A stretch of 64,000 bases of DNA, from positions 142,478,001-142,542,000 of the forward strand of contig CM059431.1 of assembly GCA_030390025.1 (NCBI GenBank), in the 5' to 3' direction. The DNA comes from Squalus acanthias (Eukaryota). A program made the translations under genes and the position numbers. A model generated the notes under the pieces. It was not told where the DNA came from and made no database searches. It was given only the letters and a program-made list of their open reading frames with translations. Positions 1 through 13,100 of this stretch are shown here, piece after piece. Positions within the stretch are counted from its first letter, which is position 1, and each line of letters starts with the position of its first letter.

Positions 1-484
1 GACGAAGGTTTTAACTGTTTTTCCCCCTTCATTATTCATTGCCGCACAGTTCCAGGTTGTCAATGTGTGCTTTGGCTGCAAGAAAATATTCCGCAAACTT
101 TGCTGTTATTCAGTAACTCCCCACCCAAATACTTGTATGAGTACTCATTTCAAATAAAATGATAAAAACATGTGAATGGATCAAGTTCCTCCATCCAACC
201 CGTTAGAAATATATTAAGTTATTGGATTCAAACGAACTGCTGGAAATTGTTTCTGTATCTACATATATAGAACTAGAACACGCCATCGCACCGTGTGAGG
301 CTACATTGAATGTGTGGCTATTGAACAGCTGGTATTAGGGAAAACAATTCATAACACACTGGGCCATATTAGTGATATATTACCTTCATTTAATAACTTA
401 TTTTTATTGATGTAAAATGTTGTAAAACACTGCGGTCTGACAGCAGGCACATGCGAACATGATGCAATATTTGTGTAGGCGTCA

Positions 485-662
485 TGCTCTGGAAGTCCCT
501 GCCTAAACCCCTCCACCTTCACCCCTCCCTCACCTCCCTACAGACACTCATTAAAACCGAAATCTTTGAGCAGTCTTTTGGTCACCCCTCTTACTCGCTC
601 CATCTTTGTGTTTGGTATCCATGTTTTTGATTACACCTCCCTAAAGCGCTTTGGGACATCCC
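485..662 (+). mobile_element. L2-type LINE 3' end fragment
   Basis: ctctggaa..ccct..cctaaacccctcc...aagcgctttgggac tail, shared with the other L2 copies in the window. Confidence 0.6.
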
Positions 663-967
663 CTAGAAGTGTGTGTTTGTGGGTGTGAGTGGGGGCGGGA
701 GGAATGCATTATGCAGTCTGGAATATGTAAACCGACAGATAAATGACCTGAAACGTATACGCGGTTTTAAACACCAGAGAGAAATAGCTAATGTCAATTA
801 GCAGACAATGAAAGAGGAAATTTGACAATCTCATGCCACCTTATTGCAATACATACCCTTTAAAAATACACAACACTCCCCTGGAGAGGACAGGACCGGT
901 TAATACTGATGAAAACTCAAATCACAATTTGACCTCGGAAACAATCTATAAACACGAGTAAAAGTGC

Positions 968-2083
968 AGTGTTAATCCCAGGGTATCCCTGCCCATCTGT
1001 GCTAGTCCCAGGGTATCTCTGTCCATCTGAGCTAGTCCCAGGGTATCTCTGTCCATCTGAGCTAGTCCCTGAGTATCTCTGTCCTGCTGTGCTAGTCCCT
1101 GAGTATCTCTGTCCTGCTGTGCTGGTCCCTAGCTATCCCTCTCCATCTGAACTAGTCCCTTGGTATCCCTGTCCAGCTGTGCTAGTCCCTGGGTATCCCT
1201 GTCCAGCTATGCTAGTCACTGGGTATCTGTCCAGCTGTGCTATTCCAGGGGTATCCCTATCCAGCTGTGCCAGTCCCTGGGTATCCCTGTCCAGCTGTGC
1301 CTTTCCCTGGGTATCCCTGTCCAGCTGTGCTGGTCCCTGGGTATCTCTGTCCAGCTGTGCCAGTCACTGTGTTTCCATGTCCAGCTGTGCTAGTCACTGG
1401 GTATCGCTGTCCAGCTGTGCTAGTCACTGGGATTCGCTGTCCAGCTGTGCTATTCCCTGGCTATACCTCTCCATCTGAGCTAGTCCCTGGGTATCCCTGT
1501 GAAGCTGAGCTAGTCCCTGGGTATCCCTGTCCAGCTGTGCAAATCCCTGGGTATCCCTGTCCAGCTGTGCTAGTCGCATGGTATATCTGTCAGCTGTGCC
1601 AATCCCTGGGTATCCCTGTCCAGCTGTGCTAGTCCCTGGGTATCCCTGTCCAGCTGTGCCATTCCCTGGGTATCCCTGTCCAGCTCTGCTAGTCCCTGGG
1701 TATCTCTCTCCAGCTGTGCTTGTCACTGGGCATTCCTGTCCAGTGAGCTGGTCCCTGGGTATCTCTGTCCAGCTGTGCTAGTCCCTGGGTATCTCTGCCC
1801 AGCTGTGCTTGTCACTGGGTATCCCTGTCCAGCTGTGCCATTCCCTGGGTATCTCTGTCCAGTAGTGCTAGTCCCTCTGTATCCCTGTCCAGCTGTGCCA
1901 TTCCCTGGGTATCCCTGTCCATCTGAGCTAGTCCCTCTGTATCCCTGTCCATCTGAGCTAGTCCCTCTGTATCTCTGTCCAGCTGTGCCATTCCCTGGGT
2001 ATCCCTGTCCAGCTGAGCTAGTCCCTGGGTCTTTCTGTCCAGCTGTGCTTGGCACGGTGATCCCTGTCCAGTTGAGCTAGTCA
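968..2083. repeat. 30-bp minisatellite, about 37 copies
   Basis: Unit ccctgggtatccctgtccagctgtgctagt. Confidence 0.97.
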
Positions 2084-2354
2084 GAGCTGAAACATGTTGA
2101 ATTATTCCCTCAAAGTCCCAACGTGGAAACATGATGTTGAGAATAATCGTTTGTGACCACGCCCAAACAAAAATCGCCGCAGTCACAGAATTAGAATGGC
2201 CAATTCCTGGAGGCGGTGGGCAGCTGGTTTCCATCCAAATGGAACCTAACGTGAGTGATCCGATTCAGAAGATTCAGGGAATAACATTCGGGAGTTCCTC
2301 CGTGAGTTTAATGACCTTTTAATGGATATTTTTGCCATGTGATTTGTGTCGTTT

Positions 2355-4398
2355 TAGAGTCATAGAGTCATACAGCACAGAAAGAGGCCCTTCGGCCCAT
2401 CGTGTACGTGCCGGCCATCAAGCCCTGTCTATTCTAATCCCATTTTCCAGTACTTGGTCCGTAGCCTTGTATGCTATGGCATTTCAAGTGCTCATCTAAA
2501 TGCTTCTTGAAGGGCAACACGGTGGCATAGTGTTTAGCACTGTTGCCTTACAGCGCCACGGACCCGGGCTCGAATCCGGCCCCGGGTGACTGCCTGTGTG
2601 GAGTCTGCACATTCTCCCCGTGTCTGCGTGGGTTTCCTCCGCGTGCTCTGGTTTCCTCCCACAGTCCAAAGATGTGCGGGTTAGGTTGATTTGTCTATGA
2701 TAAATTGACCCTTAGTGTTAGGGGGGATTAAATGCGTGGGGTTATGGGGATGGGGTGGGATATGTGTCGGTGCAGGCTCGATGGGCCGAAATGGCCTCTA
2801 TCTGCACTGTGGGGATTCTGTGAATGTTCTGAGGGTTCCTGCCTCTACCACTCTTTCAGGCAGTGAGTTCCAGATTCCAACCACCCTCTGGGTGAAAACG
2901 TTTTTCCTCAAATCCCCTCTATTTCTCGCCCCTTACCTTGAAACTATGCCCCTTGGTTACTGACCCCTCTACTAAGGGGAACAGTTCCTTTCTATCTACC
3001 CTATCCATGCCCCTCATAATTTTGTGCACCTCAATCAGGTCCCCCCTCTGCCTTCTCTGCTCTAAGGAAAATAACTCCAGCCTGTCCAGTCTCTCTTCAT
3101 AGCTGAAGCGCTGCAGCCCAGGTAACATCCTGGTGAATCTCCAATGCAATCACATCCTTCCTATAGTGTGGCGATCAGAACTGCACACAGTATTCCAGCT
3201 GTGGCTTAACTAGCGTTTTGTACAGCTCCATCTTAACCTCCCTGCTCTTAGATTCTATGCCTCGGCTAATGAAGGCAAGTATTCCATATGCCTCTTTAAC
3301 CACCTTATCTACCTGTCCTGCTGCCTTCAGGGATCTATGTACATGCACACCAAGGTCCCTCTGATCCTCTGTCCTTCCTAGGTTCCTACCATTCATTGTG
3401 TATTCTCTTGCCTTGTTAGTCCTCCAAAAATGCATCACCTCACACTTTTCAGGGTTAAATTCCATTTGCCACTGTTCTGGGCATCTAACCAAACCGTCTA
3501 TATCCTCCTTTCGCCTGAGGCTTCCCTCCTCGCTATTTACCACCCCACCAATTTTCGTGTCATCTGCGAACTTACTGATCATACCTCCTACATTCATATC
3601 TAAATCATTAATGTACACTACAAACAGCAAGGGACCCAGCACCAATCCCTGCGGTACACCACTGGACACAGGCTTCCAGTCACAAAAACAACCTTCGAAC
3701 ATCACCCTCTGCCTCCTGCCACTAAGCCAATTTTGGATCCAATGTGCCAAGATGCCCTGGATCCCATGTGCTCTTACCTTCTTGACCCATCGGGACTTTG
3801 TCAAAAGCCTTACTGAAGTCCATGTAGACTATATCAACTGCATTACCCTCATCCACACACCTAGTCACACCCTCGAAAAATTCAATCAAATTGGTCAGAC
3901 ATGATCTCCCCCTGACAAAGCAATGCTGACTATCCTTGATTAAACCTAGCCTCTCCAAGTGGAGTCTAATTCTGTCCCTCAGAATTTTTTCCAATAATTT
4001 CCCTACCACTGATGTTCGGCTCACTGGCCTATAATTCCCTGGTTTATCCCTACTACTTCTTGAATAATGGTACAATGTTAGCTGTTCTCCAGTCCTCTGG
4101 CACCTCCCCTGTGGGAGAGAGGAGCTGAAAATGTGTGTCAGAGCCCCTGCAATCTCCTCCCTTGCCTCACACAGCAGCCTGGGATACATCTCGTCTGGGC
4201 CTGGGGATTTATACCACTTTTAAGCCCACTAAAACCGCTCGTATCTCCTCCCACTCAATACTAATTTGTTCAAGTATATCACAATCCCCCTGCCTGATTT
4301 CTATGCCTACATCGTCCTTCTCCATAGTGAAAACAGATGCAAAATATTCATTTAAAACCCCGTCTATATCTTCTGGCTCTACACACAGATTGCAACTT
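2355..4398 (-). mobile_element. CR1 LINE, 5'-truncated and decayed
   Basis: (tagagtca)n tail; RT motifs GVPQGLVLGP, KFADDTK and PGNYRPVS in broken ORFs. Confidence 0.93.
2512..2820 (+). mobile_element. tRNA-derived V-SINE (HE1-like) inserted in the CR1
   Basis: A box tggcatagtg and B box gctcgaatcc, V-domain tgtgtggagt..cattctccccgtgtctgcgtgggtttcctcc, and a CR1-like tail. Confidence 0.88.
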
Positions 4399-4482
4399 TG
4401 GACGGTGAAATGTGTGTTAAAAACAGTCAGCATTTCACCCTCTTCCTCAACACTGTCTCTGACCTGAGGTCAAAAGCTAGAA

Positions 4483-4548
4483 GTTTACGTAGTGTAACGG
4501 TTATCACCTTCGCCTCACATGGGAAAGGTCCCTGGTCACTGGGAAACA
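4483..4548 (+). pseudogene. tRNA-Val(CAC) pseudogene
   Basis: gtttacgtagtgtaacggttatcaccttcgcctcacatgggaaaggtccctgg matches vertebrate tRNA-Val; the T-loop/B box is deleted. Confidence 0.8.
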
Positions 4549-4642
4549 TTTCCTTCAGTGTGCAACAGAAACCTGTGGTTTATTCACAGTGATTGAAGCA
4601 ATTATCATTCGTCTGACGGATTAACTGTTTTGTAAAAATTAA

Positions 4643-4714
4643 TTCACTGACGGGGAGTCAAATTGAGGTCGCCGCGGTGAGCGCGCTGCATTCTAAACAC
4701 TGGACCACCAGGGG
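4643..4714 (-). pseudogene. tRNA-Glu(CTC) pseudogene
   Basis: The minus strand, CCCCTGGTGGTCCAGTGTTTAGAATGCAGCGCGCTCACCGCGGCGACCTCAATTTGACTCCCCGTCAGTGAA (72 nt), aligns end to end with tRNA-Glu; stems and B box are mutated. Confidence 0.8.
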
Positions 4715-4718
4715 GCGC
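4705..4718 (+). promoter_or_regulatory. CTCF consensus motif
   Basis: CCACCAGGGGGCGC is an exact match to the CTCF core consensus. Confidence 0.65.
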
Positions 4719-5505
4719 TGGCTTCAAGTATTGCAACCGTTGTAAATGTAATTAGGCTTATCCCTGTTAAATATAGACATGTTTCTGCTTTCTTGTGTTG
4801 GATATTCTGTAAATGGATTCCACGGTTCTGCTGCTGACAAATCTGTTTACATGGATCTGTAATATTGATTCATTTATTCAGGTTAATCTGACTTCAGTCG
4901 AACAGAATTTTCCGGTTATTTATTTCTATCTTATTTTTCAATTACACGTAAATACATATATACAGAACACAGATACACACAAATATATTGATACAGAACA
5001 CACAGATACACAGACATTTAATCATCACTAGCTCACTGACACACCCAAAATCCATTCAGAGGATCACAGTCTCAATCACAGATCTTTATAGATTTATATC
5101 CTGATGTATATTGTACCAGAAAAAAACTGTCACACATACAAGCATCTCTCTCATCACACAAACACACACTTTATATATAAACGTGACACTCAAAAACAGA
5201 CACTCACAATGTATATTGTCACACGGCCATGTTTACTGTTCTAGGAAGAGTCTACACACCTAAACTTTCCTTGTTTTTCACAAGCTGCCCATCCTGTTGT
5301 GTATTTGGTGCAGTTTCCTGCTTCCATAGTGGGGATTCTGAGTGATGATTCTGGGGCTCGGTGAGTGTAATTGGATTTGCTGCAGTCCGCTGGCAACATG
5401 TGATGAAAGCGGGTGTGAAATTTTCGCTGACAGCTGAACGCTGGATGGTGAATGTGCTTTAGCTTTTCCAATGTGTTTGTCTGTTGTTCACATGTCACTG
5501 GAAAT

Positions 5506-5950
5506 TCATAGAATCATAGAATAGTTCAGCACAGAAGGAGACCATTCGACCGATCGAGTCTGTGCCACCTCTGTCACAGAGCAATCCAATTAGTCCCACT
5601 CCCTGCTCTTTCCCAATATCCCTGCAATTCTTTCTCCTTCAATTTTTATCCAATTCCCTTTTGAAGGCTGCTATTGAATCTGTATCCAGTGCATTCCAAA
5701 TCCTAACTATTCGTTGAGTAAACTGTTTTTCCTCATGTCGCCTCTGGTTCTTGTGCTGATCACCTTATTCTGTGCCCTCAGCTAATCGATCCTTCAACCA
5801 TTGGAAATAGTTCCTCTTCATTCACTCTATCGAAACACTTCATGATTTTACACCCTCTATCAAATCTCCTCTAAGCCTCCTCTGCTCTAAGGAGAACTAT
5901 CCCAGCTTCCCTAGTCTATCCCTGTCACTGTAATCCCTCATCCGTGAAAT
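5506..5950 (-). mobile_element. CR1 3' end fragment
   Basis: (catagaat)n tail and degenerate RT C-terminal sequence. Confidence 0.8.
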
Positions 5951-7004
5951 AATTTTATTTCCTTTCGATTGAAGACAGGAAAAGCCAGGACATGCCACGA
6001 GATAGGAATCCTATTTCAGTCATTCAAAGACATCTAAAATCACGTAGTGTGAATTAAAAATCATGGTTACAATGTGTTTCGGTGTAAAAGGAGCGGATTG
6101 AAAATAACAATAAAACGCCAGGCAGCGCCCACGGTGAGACAGATTCAAACTCCTGATGAAGTTGGTGCTGCGAAGTAACCGCTGAGCTAAAGCTGACCCC
6201 GATCAAAGGGCAGAAAACACTAAATATATAGGATGAGCTCACAAATATCAGGCGCTTAAATTACTTCTATAAATTTGAAAATGAGGACCATGTGTTTTGT
6301 GTTCACGAGTGACTTAATTTCCCCTGTTTGACCGGCAGGTTTGCAATTCACTTTGTATTGTATACTGAAGAGAATCTCATTTCAAGATGAGGGCAGAACC
6401 TACCACGTTTAAAGCCACCGACTTGTATAATGGAAGATAGAGTTTGTTCCAACACCTGTGCTACCTGAGTCTTTCAATGCTTTCAACGGGTAATGATTGA
6501 TGATGCTTGTAATTCACATCCTGTGAAGAATGGGAGAGGAGAATGGAACATGGAGCATGAACATCAGAGAATGTGCGGAATGGGAGCAGAGAAATACTCC
6601 CACCTCATTGAAATATGTCGACCAGTATTCTAAATAAGGCGCGTGTCTACAATGGACGAGTGAATACATTCGTTGCCCAGTTTTAATCTAAATGACACTG
6701 AGGTTCCAACAGAAAGGTTTCCTGGAAAAGATCTGCTACAGTTAGGATTGGTGAACTTGTCTGATAACTTTAAAACAGTGGCGATTGTTGAGTTCGACTA
6801 GTGGAGCTTAGAAATGTTTTATAATTATCATGAGAGATGATTGCGGCTCGGTGAATCAGCTTTCTCTTTCTGAAATGTATTTTTTCTTCGTTCACAGGTC
6901 CATGCAAATTATGTTTTGCCTTCCGACTAAAGACGCGAAAAGCCGAGACATTTGTTGTTTTCAACACGGCGGCTGAATTGGCCGGAATGGCCGTGACATG
7001 AGTC

Positions 7005-7220
7005 GGGCACCTGAACACTCCACCTGGAGTAATGGAACAGGACTCTGGGTCTGTGTTGTCCGTTTGGGGAACTAGGACCGTCATTCAGAGGGACGGACAG
7101 GTCCAGTCACATTGGGCTGCTGGAAATGTAATTCTTGGACAGCCGCAAGATAAAAAAATGTGAATGAATTTTCCACAAATATTCTCATTAATCAAGAATG
7201 AAAGTCGGAAGTTCAAAGAC
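7005..7220 (+). pseudogene. 18S rRNA pseudogene fragment, part 1
   Basis: taatggaacaggac...gagggacgg...aattcttggac...cattaatcaagaatgaaagtcggaagttcaaagac matches the conserved 18S central domain. Confidence 0.85.
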
Positions 7221-8029
7221 AACAACTTGCATTTAGATAGCGCCTTTAACACAATAAATCATCCACTGGCGCTTCACAGAAACCGAATCCGATAAATATC
7301 GAGCCCGAGCCAATGAGCACTGCTTTTGGGAGGTGAGGGCGGTGGGAAAGATTTAAAGAGTTTCAGTTCGCAGTGGAGATAATAAGCTCCCGGGTATATT
7401 TGCTCTATATGGTGATCTTGGAATAGTGAGCAGTGTTGTTAGAGGAGAGCAAGGCCCGATAGTGCCTGATGTGGTTCCGGCAGAGCTGCCGACGCATGTC
7501 TGAACCAGTTGTGTGCCGGATACGTTTAAGCCTGTCGGGCTTGGAATTGACTGAGTGAAGATGGGGCCACACCAGAAAGAACGACGTCGGTGGGAGAGAG
7601 TTCGGATTTTACTGCTGCCCAGGTCATCAAATGGGCCCGAGAACATCGACAGCAACAGAAGGATCGTGGCGAATGGCGAGACAAAGGCTGGACCCTTGGC
7701 AGCTTGAAAGTGCAATTGTAAATTACTTGGGGGGAGGGGGGGGGCGTTTATTGCAGCAGCAGACAGAAAAAGAGACTGAGGAATTTGGGTGGTGAGGGAT
7801 GCGGGGAAGTGGTCAGAGATGACCTTGTCTGTTGTTGAGACAATAGGAGTCGACAGGTCAGTGAGATGGCAAGGCCGAGAGGGTGGTGGTGACTATGGGC
7901 AGGAGGCTGCAGTCAAGATACATTGAGGGAAGTCTGGAGTCAGTGCACAGAGGGTATCACGCTGATAAACAGGGGGTCGGATTTGGGGGAGCGTTAGAGA
8001 ATGATCATTATATAGCAGAGAAAAGAGAT
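7221..8029 (-). mobile_element. Old L2-type LINE fragment splitting the 18S remnant
   Basis: Begins with aacaacttgcatttagatagcgcctttaac, the reverse complement of the L2 3' end; 18S similarity resumes immediately after it. Confidence 0.65.
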
Positions 8030-8270
8030 GATCAGATAGTCGTATTTCTCGCCATAGGTAATGTAAACAAGTGATCCTGCCGCATTATTCCCATGAACTG
8101 CTGAGCAACGCCCGAGAATCCAACGTCTATGGTCTCCGGGGTGAGACTGAAACTTCAACGAATTGGCGGAAGGGCACAGCCAGGAGTGGAGCCTTCCACT
8201 CAAGTTGACTCAACACAGGAAACCTCACCCGGCCCGGACACGGAAGGGATTGATAAATGATTGCTCTTTC
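8030..8270 (+). pseudogene. 18S rRNA pseudogene fragment, part 2
   Basis: gatcagata...ctgaaacttcaacgaattggcggaagggcacagccaggagtggagcc...tgactcaacacaggaaacctcacccggcccggacacgg. Confidence 0.9.
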
Positions 8271-8724
8271 AACAACATGTTCACTGGGCTGCAGTTGGGG
8301 GCAGGTATCCTGGGTATGCTGTGTTCCGATGGTATACGAGTTTCTCAATTCTACAATCACCCTCTGCCCTCCGTAACCCGCTTCTTGCTCGCCTGCCCAA
8401 TCTTAGCCTGCATCTCTTCTCTTCCATTAGTCTGTGCTCTCCTCTCTCATTCCCTCTCTTCTCATGCGGTCAGGCAGTAAATGGTGCCTCCCACCTTCCT
8501 CCAGCACTACTCCAACGTCAACGTAAGGGGACTTCTGTGGAATCAGGTGCTACCGGGACGCTCGGCGAGCCCTCAGTGAGCGGCCACTGTGAGCTCTGCA
8601 GGGTCTGCACCAGTGATGCAGGCCTGACATTCTTTGCCAACGTGGGGACACTCTAATTTGTTTGTGCACTCTCCCTTTACACCAGCACAGGGCACCCAGT
8701 GTCCTTTCTCCCTTTGTGACTGTG

Positions 8725-9016
8725 AGCTGAGGCAGACTGTTCTCACTGCGCTCTGACCCAGCTGGACCTTATGCCCGGGGTCCATGGCGAGCTTCCTGGC
8801 CCAGAAGCTGGTGAACTCAGCCAGAAGTGCAAATTAACCGACTTAACTGGATATTGGGGCGAAAGACCAATCGATCCATCATTGAGCTGGTTCTCTGATG
8901 TTTCCCTCAAGTGAACTGCTTCTGATCCACACTCAGCTTTATCTGGTGTAGGGGATGACTAGAGGCCTTCGGGCTAAAAATATCTGAAACTATTCTCAAA
9001 TTTTCAAAAGGGTAAG
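8725..9016 (+). pseudogene. 28S rRNA pseudogene fragment with internal deletions
   Basis: tggtgaact...gtgcaaat...ggggcgaaagaccaatcga.ccatc..agctggttc...tttccctca...tattctcaaa..gggtaag matches the conserved 28S core 3' of D3. Confidence 0.85.
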
Positions 9017-9051
9017 TAGACATGAATTGCACCTGTTAAGTTAATGCACCA

Positions 9052-9057
9052 TTTAAT
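9052..9057 (-). terminator. Candidate poly(A) signal (ATTAAA) for the NLR mRNA
   Basis: The first A(A/T)TAAA hexamer I noticed on the minus strand downstream of the stop, about 960 nt away. Motif only. Confidence 0.25.
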
Positions 9058-10019
9058 TCAACATCACACGTTAACAATTCTCATAAGTACCGTTAGATAA
9101 TCCATAAAGCAGTGATACAGAAGTGAAGGTTAATAAAGGCGGAAACATTATACAAAGCCCATGACTGCGGGTGACATGTCCAATCATTGGCCCCCTCAGT
9201 TTGCTCAGGACATTTCGCGGGTCATCAGGTCTTTTGACAATCTCATGGTGGGAGGTCGAATTCTCATGAAATTCCATTTTAAACATTACCCGTAGTGAGC
9301 ACACGGACTTTCATTTCCATGGTAACACCAGTACCTGCCCCCGTGTTGGTGCCAGAAAAAGGGAGAGTTCAGTGTAATAAACTCCGCTCACCCTCTCAAT
9401 CACCCTCCCTGAACAGCAGGATCCACAGCAGGAAATTTCCCCATTTCTCCACTCCTTGTGCTGACCCATCATGGAGTCAGATTCCACGAGTGCACAAGTC
9501 CAAGGAACCTCTCCTAACAGGATAGGGTGAACAAAAACATTAGGAATTAGTCCCTATTGGATCGTGGAACACATCCCAAATGAGCAGATCCGGTCTCCAT
9601 CCTGAACCCACACAGGTTCACTTTCCAGCAGGGTCACTGATACTGAGCAGGAACCCTGGGTAATGTTACCCCCAAACCCAGGAATACTGAGTGAAATCGT
9701 CCGTGTCCCACTGCAGCCCAGACTGAGCCGCACACTGGGCCCTTCCTGTCTTTGCATTTCCCCAGTGCCCCATTGGGGAACATTCAGCCCCGGATATCCT
9801 GCAGAAGCAGCGCTGTGGGGCCGGGCGGCTGAGTCTCGTGACCCTGTGGCTGGGCCTCTGACATCACAATGGGAGATGACGCTCGCTCAGCTCGAGCTGG
9901 AAACCCTTAAAGGGGCCGATAGGATTTAAACCCGGAGCGCGGCCGCTTGAAGGGGAGGGGCAGAAAATCAGCCAAAATGGTCATAGAATGAGACCAGTGA
10001 AGGTCATTAATTGAAATGT

Positions 10020-10107
10020 TCACACATCCACTTTCAGTCCGCGTCTTGTTCCCTGCAGAGACTTCAGCTTTTTCTCTCCGGTTGAACTGAACTGATTCCC
10101 CCTCAGC
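10020..10107 (-). CDS. NLR terminal coding exon
   Basis: tttcag|G acceptor; encodes [28 protein letters not shown] followed by a TGA stop. Confidence 0.85.
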
Positions 10108-13100
10108 CTGAAACAGATTAAATATTAAACAGGAAATAAACAGATTGAACAACAGTGTAAATAACAGGGTGACTGGGGTTAATATTTCAATAATAATTAC
10201 ATACAAATAAATCCCATAAAAGTGACTGAATTCCATTCATATTTTATTTATTACATTAAACATTAACACAAACACTCACCGGATCCACTTCAGACTCCTA
10301 CAGTTCAGTATGAGGCTGCGGAGAGCGGGGAAAGATCGGTCTGTGAAGGAGTTTGATCCCAGGGTCAGATAAGTCAGTGACTGTTTTGCATTGAGAGCGG
10401 AGGCGAGATCCTCGGCACAAGAATCTGTGAGATCAGCATCATACAGCCTGGGGATCAGAGAGAGAAATAACAGGAATCAGAGTAAATCCCCAGTGTGATT
10501 AATAACACTATTACTGACAATAATAACATACCGTTTAAGATATCCAGTTATTATAGAATCATAGAAATTTAGAGCACAGAAGGAGACAATTCGGTGCGGG
10601 CCTGTGCTGGCTCTTTGAAAGAGCATCGTGCTCAGTCCCACATCCCCGCTTGTTGTCCGTAACCCTGTAAGTTGCTCATCCTGGAGAACTTATTCAACTT
10701 TGTGTTCAATTTATTTATGAAATCAGCTTCCAGCAAATTTTCAGGTACAGCGTTCCCGATCCCGACTATTCTCTGCGTAAAAAAAATCTCCTCATCTCCC
10801 ATATGGATATATTTCCAATGATTTTGAATTTCTGACCTCTAGTTGTTGACCCACTCGCCAGAGGGAATAATTTTCCCCTATCAACTCTATCAAAACCTTT
10901 CATCATCTTGAAAACCTCTATTAGGTCACCTCTTAACCGTCTCTTTTCCAAGGAGAACAGTTCTAACTTTTCCAACCTGTCCTCATAACTGCATTCCCTC
11001 ATCCCTGGTAACAACCCAGTAAACATCCCCTGTACCCTTTCTAAGGCCTTGACATCTCTCCTGAAATTTGGTGCCCAGAATTTTCCACAATGTTGCAGCT
11101 GAGGCCTAAATTTTAGCATGGTATATTTGCTTTTATATTCGATTTCACTATTTACAAAATCAAGTAACCCATTTTAACTTGCCCTGCCACCTTTAAGGAT
11201 GTGTATATGGACGCCAAGTTCTCTTTGATTATCTACACTTTTCAAAACCATGCCATTTATATAGTGTACTGTCTTTCCATATCATTCCTCCTAAAGTGCA
11301 TCACTTTACCTAAATGGTAGGTCTTGCCTGACAAGTCTGATTGAATTTTTTAAAGGTGTGACTAAAGCAGTGGACAGGGAAATCTGTGTGGATGTTATTT
11401 ATATGGAGTTCCAGAAGGCACTTGATAAAGTCCCTCATAAGAGACTGTTAACAAATTCAGCCAATTCGATTCACTCCACCTGATATCAAGAAACGGCTGA
11501 GTGCACTGGATACAGCAAAGGCTATTGGCCCCGACAACATCCCAGCTATCGTGCTGAAGACTTGTGCTCCAGAATTAGCCGCGCCTCTAGCCAAGCTGTT
11601 TCAGTACAACTACAACACTGGCATCTATCCGACAATGTGGAAAACTGCACAGGTATGTCCTGTCCACAAAAAGCAGGACAAATCCAACACGGCCAATTAC
11701 CACCCCATTAGTCTACTCTCAATCATCAGCAAAGTGATGGAAGATGTCATCGACAGTGCTATCAAGAGGCACTTACTCACCAATAACCTGCTCACTGATG
11801 CCCAGTTTGGGTTCTGCCTTGACCACACGGCTCTCGACCTCATTACAGCCTTGGACCAAACATGGACAAAAGGAGCTGAATTTCAGAGGTGAGGTGAGAG
11901 TGACTGCCCTTGACATCAAGGCAGCATTTGACCGAGTCTGGCATCAAGGAGACTTAGTAAAACTGAAGTCAATGGGAATCATGGGGAAAAGGCTCCACTG
12001 GCTGAAGTCATACCTAGCAAAACGGAAGATGTTTGTGGTGTTTGAAGGTCAATAATCATAGCCCCATGACATCGCTGAAGATATTCCTTAGGGCAGTGTC
12101 GTACGCCCAACCATCTTCAGCTGCTTCATCAATGATCTTCCCTCCAACATTAGGTCAGAAATGGGGATGTTCGCTGATGACTGCAGTGTTCAGCGCCATT
12201 CGCAACTCCACAGATAATGAAGCAGTCCATGCCCTCATGCAACAAGAACTGGACGACGTTCAGGCTTGGGCTGATAAGTGGCAGGTAACATTCGCGCCAC
12301 AGAAGTGCCAGGCAATGACTATCTCCTACAAGCGAGAGTCTAACCACCTCTCCTTGACATTCAATGGCATTACCATCGCCGAATCCCCGACTATCAACAT
12401 CCTGGGTGTCACCATTAACCAGAAACTTAACTGGATCAGCCACATAAATACTGTGGCAACAAGAGCAGGTCAGAGGCTAGGTGTTCTGCAGCGAGTGTCT
12501 CACCTCCTGACTCCCCAAAGCCTTTCCACCATCTACAAGGCACAAGTCAGGACTGTGATGGAATAAATGCAGCTCCAACAACACCCAAGAAGCTCGACAC
12601 CATCCAGGACAAAGCAGCCCGCTTGATTGGAACCCCATCCACCACCTTAAACATTCACTTCCTCCACCACCAGCGAACCTTGGTTGCAGTGTGTACCATC
12701 TACAAGATGCACTGCAGCAACTCGGCTAGGTTTCTTCGGTAGCACCTTCCAAACCCGCGAACTCTTCCACCTAGAAGGACAAGGGCAGCAGGCGCATGGG
12801 AACACCACCACCTCCAAGTTCCCCTCCAAGTCACACACCATCCTGACTTAGAAGTATATCTCCGATCCTTCATCGTCGCTGGGTCAAAATCCTGGAACTC
12901 CCTACCTAACAGCAGTATGGGAGTACCATCATCACACGGATTGCAGCGGTTCAAGGCGGCAGCTCACCACCACCTTCTCAAGGGCAACTAGGGGTGGGCA
13001 ATAAATGCTGGCATTGCCAGCGACACCCTGATCCCATAAACAAATAAAAAAAAAGGTTGAAGCCCATAGAATTGAAGGCAAATTATTGAGCTGGTTTGGA

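Noticed and set aside
969..2080. Cys/Pro-rich ORFs (VLVPGYPCPA)n
   Set aside because: These are translations of a 30-bp minisatellite, open on both strands, with frame-breaking indels and no splice context.
7005..9016. Functional rRNA genes or contamination
   Set aside because: The pieces are heavily substituted, deleted and interrupted by a host LINE.
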